NCBI GenBank assembly: GCA_003971905.1
Contig: RSEE01000002.1
Coordinates: 310,001-374,000 of the forward strand
Source: Moniliella sp. 'wahieum'
Taxonomy: Eukaryota
Reading direction: 5' to 3'
DNA length: 64,000 bases
Of the stretch, positions 59,701-64,000 are shown one piece after another. The position numbers and the translations under genes were made by a program. Position 1 is the first letter of the stretch. Each line of letters starts with the position of its first letter. The notes beneath the pieces are model-generated. The model saw nothing but the letters and a program-made list of their open reading frames with translations, did no database searches and was not told where the DNA came from.

Positions 59701-62700
59701 GACTCGTTCGAATCGGTGAATGGGCCTGATGGGGGTGAATTGATCTTGGTCTGGCCAAAACGCATGGTGGACCAATCCACTTCAATCGCCCCGTCATCCC
59801 AGCGAACCACTTCGCCCATTCCAGCTCATCCAGTTGTTTCCACAGCCCCATCTTGTTCTGGAGCACAGCCCCGGCCAAATGACGAAACTGAAGCTGGAAC
59901 GGGGAAAGGCGAGACGCCCCATCCTCCCCAAGCTAAGAGGGAATGACAGCCTCTGTTGTGCTGAAATATCAGCGACGCCAAAGAAGACCTGGAGTCCAGT
60001 AGGCAGGCGGATTGGCACGTCGAGTCTCCCAAAGGAAATGTCAATGGAGATGGAGGGCCTTGCCTGGAAACCTGCTTCATCCAATGGGTCAGGCGCAGAT
60101 GTTGACTGGGAATGCGGGGTACGTCTCCACTGGGTGATGTGGCTCAGATTGAGCCTCCTCGCAGATAGAGGGTGAAGTGGAGGCCCCAGGTGAGGGTTCT
60201 CTTCCTCTTTTCCACGCCCCATACCCTTCGCAGCGCGCAAATGCCATAAATAGTACATAGGTGTTGGCCAGCTCCACCACAATTGTGGTACAGGCCGGGG
60301 AACGGGAACGCAGGTTAATATCACCTCCTTGCGCGTACGAGGAGGAAGGTCGAGATTGAGGATGCTTGAGGGGACGTGAAGAAGCAGATGCGGGGGATGC
60401 TCAGTCTCGGCATCTGGGACAGAAGTGTTGGGGTGGGAAGTCTCCTTTTCAGACGAGGGGTCGATGGCCTGGACAGCAAGTCATACATTGTTGAGCGGAT
60501 AAGGAGCGCTTCGCCATGCTGTGCTTGGCAATAGGCTGCATCTAGCGCATCGGGCTCCAAGTTCAATTGAGACCGGCATTGTGTTGTGGCAATCCATGTG
60601 TCACTGCATGGGGGATCCGCGAACGGCAGCCAGCGAGCCCAATCGCCGCGGGGAAAACAGTATACGATACCGGTGACAGGAGTGGCAAGGGGCGGGAGGG
60701 GTGGGAACGAAGGCAGAATTGGTAGGCCGCTGGCCCAGTGGAGTGGAGATCTGCAATCCTGAAGTTAGTACAGCCCAAACAAGAGGAACAATAGCGTACC
60801 ATCGCGATGGGCTGATGACCTTGGCGGTCTCGGTGCACTCGATTGGCTCTGAGGTGAAGTGTGAGGAAGATCAGAATGAGGACGTCGTTTAGGGTCCAGT
60901 GCCGCACATCTCCCATCGAAATCCAAGAGAACATGTTGACATAGAATCGATGGGAATGAGCGGGCTCTTGATATGGTCTTGGACTGTCCCCAAGATAGGG
61001 GGGTTCGCCGGCCCTAGAAAAAGGGGAGAGGGAAATAGCCGCATGGAGGCATGAGCTTGGCGCATCCGCTTCATCATAAGCCCCGTAGCAGCCGCAATAT
61101 CCTCCAAGGCAAGCCAAGTGGATTGGGTGTCAAGTGTGAGCCTCATCGCCCGAATAGTCCCAATGAGAGTACCCTGGGTATGAACATGAGTCGCAGATTG
61201 TTGGGACTCGTCCAGTCGACGTGATAGTCATGTCGCCCTCGAGCAAGCTCTCGAAAACGTCGAGAATCGTCGCATGGCCCTTTGGGTGCTCCACACGAGT
61301 GAACAAAGAGAAACGCCGGAAGAAAGCAGGCTTTGGGATTGGAGGATTTCGCCCTGCGGGGAAGGTGCTGGATACCTGCACGAAGATCTGATGCCTGTGC
61401 AATAAGGCATGTCTGATTGGGCCCATTGACCATTCCCTTCACTTCCAGTACGGACATTTCCGCCTGGTATGCATACCCCAATTGCGAGACACGGTCAACT
61501 AAAAGCCACGAGATCGCGGTGCGGGCTTTGTCTTGGAAGGCGGGCGCTCTGATTTAGAGGTACCCGTAGCAAGTCAGTAAGGAGAATGGTATACTGGTCC
61601 GTCGATTGATCCACAGGAAGAGCCCAGAAACCATGAATCTTGTCAATTTTAACTTCTGTCTGGAGCATGGGCGAGTTGCCGTCGCCCGGGGCACAGACCC
61701 GGCACCTTGCCTTAAAACGTTGAACTGTCCCCAGAGGCTCGCCCTCAAAGGTAACCCCTGAAGGGGCAAATGGGGAAAAGACGGAGGTCAACGCGCTCAA
61801 AAGACCAAAACGCATTCAAATCAATGATTCGGGCTTTTTTCTGTGGTGGTGCATTGTTTGATTCAGCTTGCGCGCCCACCGAATAGTCGGCCTCGTTTTT
61901 TCTCCAGAAACTCCGATGGCGTGACATGGACGCTTACGGGGCCAACATCCAAAGACAACAGAGATCCGTCATGAGCCCCTCCTGCGACGGTTTGACGGAA
62001 GCGAGAGTGTACAGCAAACGAATTGCATCGGTTTGGATACTGGACTGGTGCACAAGCCGTAGCCAGGCCGAAGCACGGGATGCCCTGGTGGAAGGATCAG
62101 GCGCAGTCGGTTATCTTTAACGGGGGCAGATGAGGTTCTCGTCTTCCGTTCCGCGGACGTTTTGGCCAACCTGAGTAGCGAAAGCAGGCATTGACGTCAG
62201 CTACCAGCACTGGGAGGACAGCATCTACCCCTATCGTGTGCAAAAACGCTTCAACCGGGCCCAAGGAGAATGAAAAGTGTTCCTCTTGCTTCAAATCATC
62301 TGATCTTCCCTTCCCTCTCCAGGGGCGGATCAAACCCGAAGCTCAATATTGGTTTGTCGGGAAGTATGGCTCCTTCTCACGGTGGCAAATCGAATGGTGG
62401 TGCAAAGCCCGTTTGAAATGAGATCATGCCCTTTCCAGGACAATGAACGACGGATCGAGCTCCTGGCGCGTCCGGGAGAGAAGCTGGATCCACCTCTTCC
62501 GTACCACTCCAGGAGTCACAGGTATCCTTCCATGATTGCGCAGTGGGTAATGACCAAAGGTGGGCCGACTGGGCAGTGAAGAAGGTATGTCGTGGATAAG
62601 GGATAGAGGAGGGGACGACATAGACTTGTGCATCCGCCCATGATACTCGCGCCATCAACTTCATCCGCAACGAAACCGACGTGGCATTTATCAAAGACTG

Positions 62701-63391
62701 TCCAGCTCATTGGGCATGAAGGTGGGCAGGCTGTTGTCCGCGTCAACAGATGTCCGAGGGCGTGGGGAGGCAAGGGGGTGGCGGCTTGAACCCGAGCGGG
62801 CAGCCCAACTGAAGTGAACGAGGCGCACACGCAGCACACGTTCGATGGTACGGACTCGACATCAGAATTCCTGCATGGTGGGAGGGATTCCATCGGATGA
62901 AAAGGCGGGACATCTCTAGGTCAATGAAGGCGGCGAGTAGGGGCAAGAATACCCTCTGGAAAAGGACGGCGACAACAAAGCGGACAAAGGAAATGGACAC
63001 GGCAAAGAAGCGCGCCAACCGAAAGTTGAAGCAGCACGACCACATGCGGTAAGAAGCGCACGTGGAAGGAGAAGATGCGTTGCAACACGTTGGGGCCACT
63101 CGGGGATGGCGCGGGGCGAGGCTGCTGCACTGGAGGGGACAGAGACGAACGCGAGCTGGGGATCGCTGACGACGAGGGTGATAAGGGCGTAACACGAGTC
63201 TGCGCGCAAACCATTCCAGCGAAGCGATAGGTGCGCGATGGAGGCGCGGACGTCGCGTGTGTTGTGAGCACTGCCGCGCAAGACGAGGAGGCTGCGTTCG
63301 ACAAGGGCCCACACAGCAGGTAGGATGCCACTGCAGCCAAGGCTACGCCGGCAGCAGCAACACCCCAGCCATGGAAGCGACAGGGCAGCAT
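53778..63391 (-). CDS. FMP27: Fmp27/Hobbit (BLTP2) bridge-like lipid transfer protein; introns about 54089-54136 and 58106-58163; many frameshifts
   Basis: N-terminal hydrophobic anchor; DELTFSIFIPMHLEW..LRDYPLPL; IPKVAMPTK; FTSPPRDPSPKIGYWDKIPLILHG; SPKFGQHCATIKY; LGLKA..FNVDIHQRQQE; LILYSDP; LAPVGGISIVDRFEVDIHP; MRQRAAHNRTFVYVRIP..CLSYRG. Confidence 0.93.
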
Positions 63392-63662
63392 GCTTGCCCT
63401 GTCAGGGGAGGGGGGGGCACAGCCGACGAGGCGGGGGGGTGTGCCGATGTGGTGGAAGCGAACCGACGGGTGGTGGGGAGTGTCTGGTTGCGACATGGCC
63501 TGAGGAGGCCCAAGCGTCGGTGATTAGCTGGCATGCAGCCGGCATGTGGCCAGGTTGGACAGCACTGGCCTCGGCCGTAGGCGGAGGGCCTCAGCGTGCC
63601 CGAGCGTCGTTGCAAGTTTCAATCGGCATGCAGGTTCCCGATTTATATTTCACCTCTCCAGT

Positions 63663-63679
63663 TCAACGTTCAACGTTCA
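63663..63679. repeat. (TCAACGT)n array in the FMP27 upstream region
   Basis: tcaacgttcaacgttca. Confidence 0.75.
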
Positions 63680-64000
63680 ATATTCATCTTTCAGGCAATG
63701 CTCATGACGTAACCCCCCAGCCGCACCCTGCTGTTATTTCTGTGGTCCTGCCCCCCCCCAAGCATGTGGCCACTGCTTCTGCCGGGCCTCCTTTCGGTAA
63801 TACTTGCGCCTCTCAACCCATCCGCATGTCCAGCGTATACCAGCTCTTTGGAGGCGCCATCACGGCAGATTATGGTGCCCCGGATTGACGCGAGGGACCT
63901 GCGTCAAGTGCCCGAACACACAAGAGGTCTATCTCACAGCCCACATGAAATGGCGCAACTAATATACGCGGTGCTGGACGTTGTGTGCTATACAGTCCTC

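Overview
GC-rich fungal nuclear DNA with short GT-AG introns and CTGAC/CTAAC branch points. Gene content and intron sparsity suggest a basidiomycete, probably Ustilaginomycotina (inference). The window holds about 20 protein genes: RPL13, an EthA-type flavin monooxygenase, a small secreted protein, a Clg1-type cyclin, Ras1, EMC3, MIC10, an Arl1-like GTPase, myosin regulatory light chain, kinesin-5, a Sec7/PH Arf-GEF, a Nup159/Nup214-like nucleoporin, exopolyphosphatase, Rtt109, a DUF2420/Rmr1-like protein, a Gag-like ORF, an orphan membrane protein, Pan1 and Fmp27/Hobbit. There are also two intron-containing tRNAs. Nearly every gene, including essential ones, is broken by small indels, many at homopolymers. 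I read these as uncorrected long-read assembly errors, so gene ends are approximate and all calls come from recognising motifs by eye, not from database searches. Three observations stand out. (1) A stand-alone Gag-like gene at 44.6-46.4 kb has a coiled coil and what look like two tandem capsid-like modules; it ends on an in-phase G_GAU_UUU slippery site but has no pol or LTR, so it is a candidate domesticated capsid gene. (2) Intergenic DNA follows a 7-bp 'TGA-[4-bp palindrome]-TGA' grammar, with at least 10 different palindromic spacers that are sometimes mixed within one array. (3) The RPL13 5'UTR intron contains a strand-specific multi-stem RNA structure.
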